NCBI GenBank assembly: GCA_030671065.1
Contig: DAOVAM010000003.1
Location: 1-38,087 of the forward strand
Direction of reading: 5' to 3'
From: Candidatus Aminicenantes bacterium
Lineage (GTDB): Bacteria > Acidobacteriota > Aminicenantia > Aminicenantales > Aminicenantaceae
Length of the DNA stretch: 38,087 nucleotides
Positions within the stretch are counted from its first letter, which is position 1. Each line of letters opens with the position of its first letter. The translations under genes and the position numbers were made by a program. The notes under the pieces were generated by a model. It made no database searches. It saw only the letters and a program-made list of their open reading frames with translations, and had not been told where the DNA came from. Of the stretch, positions 37,078 through 38,087 are shown one piece after another.

Positions 37078-38087
37078 ATGCAAAAAAAGACAACTAAAGC
37101 CTCTGATTTAAGAAAAGCAGAGTATATTAAGAATCTCTTGAAAAAAGAGGCCAACGACCTGAAATTATGTGTTCTGGGAGCGGGACACGGTGGATTAGCC
37201 ATGGCAGGGCACCTCGCCATAAAAGGATTTCAGGTCAACCTGTATAATCGAGGAAGAGAGAGAATCCGCACAGTCATCCAAAGAAAAGGGATCAAAATCG
37301 AAGGTGAAGTCAAAGGCTTCGGGAAAATTGAGCTCGCTTCAACAAACATAAAAGAATGTATCAAGAACGTGGATATCCTCATGGTCGTTGTTCCAGCCAA
37401 TGCTCACCGTTTCATAGCTCAAACATGTGCCCCTTATCTCAAAGAACACCACATTGTCATTCTCAATCCTGGACGAACAGGAGGAGCGCTGGAATTCTTC
37501 AACACACTCAAGCAGCATGGAGTGAAGCGCTATCCTTTCATCGCAGAGGCACAAACATTCATATATGCTGCAAGAGCCCTTGGGCCGGCCCATGCCAGGA
37601 TATTTTCCATCAAAAATTCTGTTCCCCTGGCTACCCTTCCTGCGTACTGGATTCCCGGCGTATTAAAAGTGATTAATAGAGCTTATCCCCAGTTTATCCC
37701 TGGAGACAACATCTTCAAGACAAGCTTTGAGAACATCGGAGCTGTATTCCATCCAGCTCTCACAATTCTGAATGCAGCCTGGATCGAAGAGACTCACGGA
37801 GATTTTGAGTACTACATTCAAGGAGCCAGTCAATCCGTTGCCTTGATTCTGGAAAAACTGGATAAGGAACGCTTGGAAATCGCTGCAGCTCTGGGCATAA
37901 AAGTCATGAGCGCCAAAGCTTGGCTTTATACCGCATACAGCGCAACAGGAAAAAATCTTCGTGAGGCCATTAACGATAACCCTGGATATCTCGGGATCAA
38001 TGCTCCGGATAGGCTTCATCACCGGTATGTGGATGAAGACGTGCCAATGAGTCTTGTCCCGCTTGCATCTCTCGGCGAGATGCTGAA
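37078..38087 (+). CDS. NAD/NADP octopine/nopaline (opine) dehydrogenase family protein; 3' end runs off the window
   Basis: Missing from the ORF track because it is open at the edge. Manual translation gives MQKKTTK...LCVLGAGHGGLAMAGHL, ILNPGRTGGALEF, AEAQTFIYAAR, SFENIGAVFHP and RYVDEDVPMSLVP. AAGGAAAGGA RBS upstream. Confidence 0.9.
   Translation, partial: MQKKTTKASDLRKAEYIKNLLKKEANDLKLCVLGAGHGGLAMAGHLAIKGFQVNLYNRGRERIRTVIQRKGIKIEGEVKGFGKIELASTNIKECIKNVDILMVVVPANAHRFIAQTCAPYLKEHHIVILNPGRTGGALEFFNTLKQHGVKRYPFIAEAQTFIYAARALGPAHARIFSIKNSVPLATLPAYWIPGVLKVINRAYPQFIPGDNIFKTSFENIGAVFHPALTILNAAWIEETHGDFEYYIQGASQSVALILEKLDKERLEIAAALGIKVMSAKAWLYTAYSATGKNLREAINDNPGYLGINAPDRLHHRYVDEDVPMSLVPLASLGEML

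Noticed and set aside
37014-38022. Track ORFs overlapping 37014-38022, and the many short ORFs nested within assigned genes across the window
   Set aside because: Alternative-frame or antisense shadows of well-supported genes

Overview
A 38-kb chromosomal, mostly housekeeping window from a moderately AT-rich bacterium. Gene content and the atypical MreB motif suggest Aminicenantia/Acidobacteriota, but that is only an inference. From the left: a fused TIGR03960/TIGR03936 radical SAM gene (truncated at the window edge) downstream of a minus-strand mreBCD-mrdA-rodA operon; a divergent OPT transporter plus a PqqD/RRE-family gene; a ~225-nt highly structured non-coding element; def-fmt; an M23 peptidase; a two-subunit B12 acyl-CoA mutase with isobutyryl-CoA-mutase specificity residues; a small EF-domain-like protein; an SDR; a TCA cluster (acnB divergent from icd-mdh-fumarase beta-sucCD); a VanY-type carboxypeptidase; ChaN-PDZ; EF-G2; ileS-lspA-lgt-rluD; nadC-nadB; and an opine dehydrogenase (truncated). 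I saw no mobile elements, CRISPR arrays, tRNAs or rRNAs. The best leads are (1) the unassigned structured RNA at 10371-10595, with G-U-supported stems, a terminator/antiterminator-like end and an internal SD-led micro-ORF, (2) the OPT-PqqD pair with no RiPP enzyme or precursor, (3) an MreB with actin-like Gln at the catalytic Glu, and (4) an IcmAB-type mutase.
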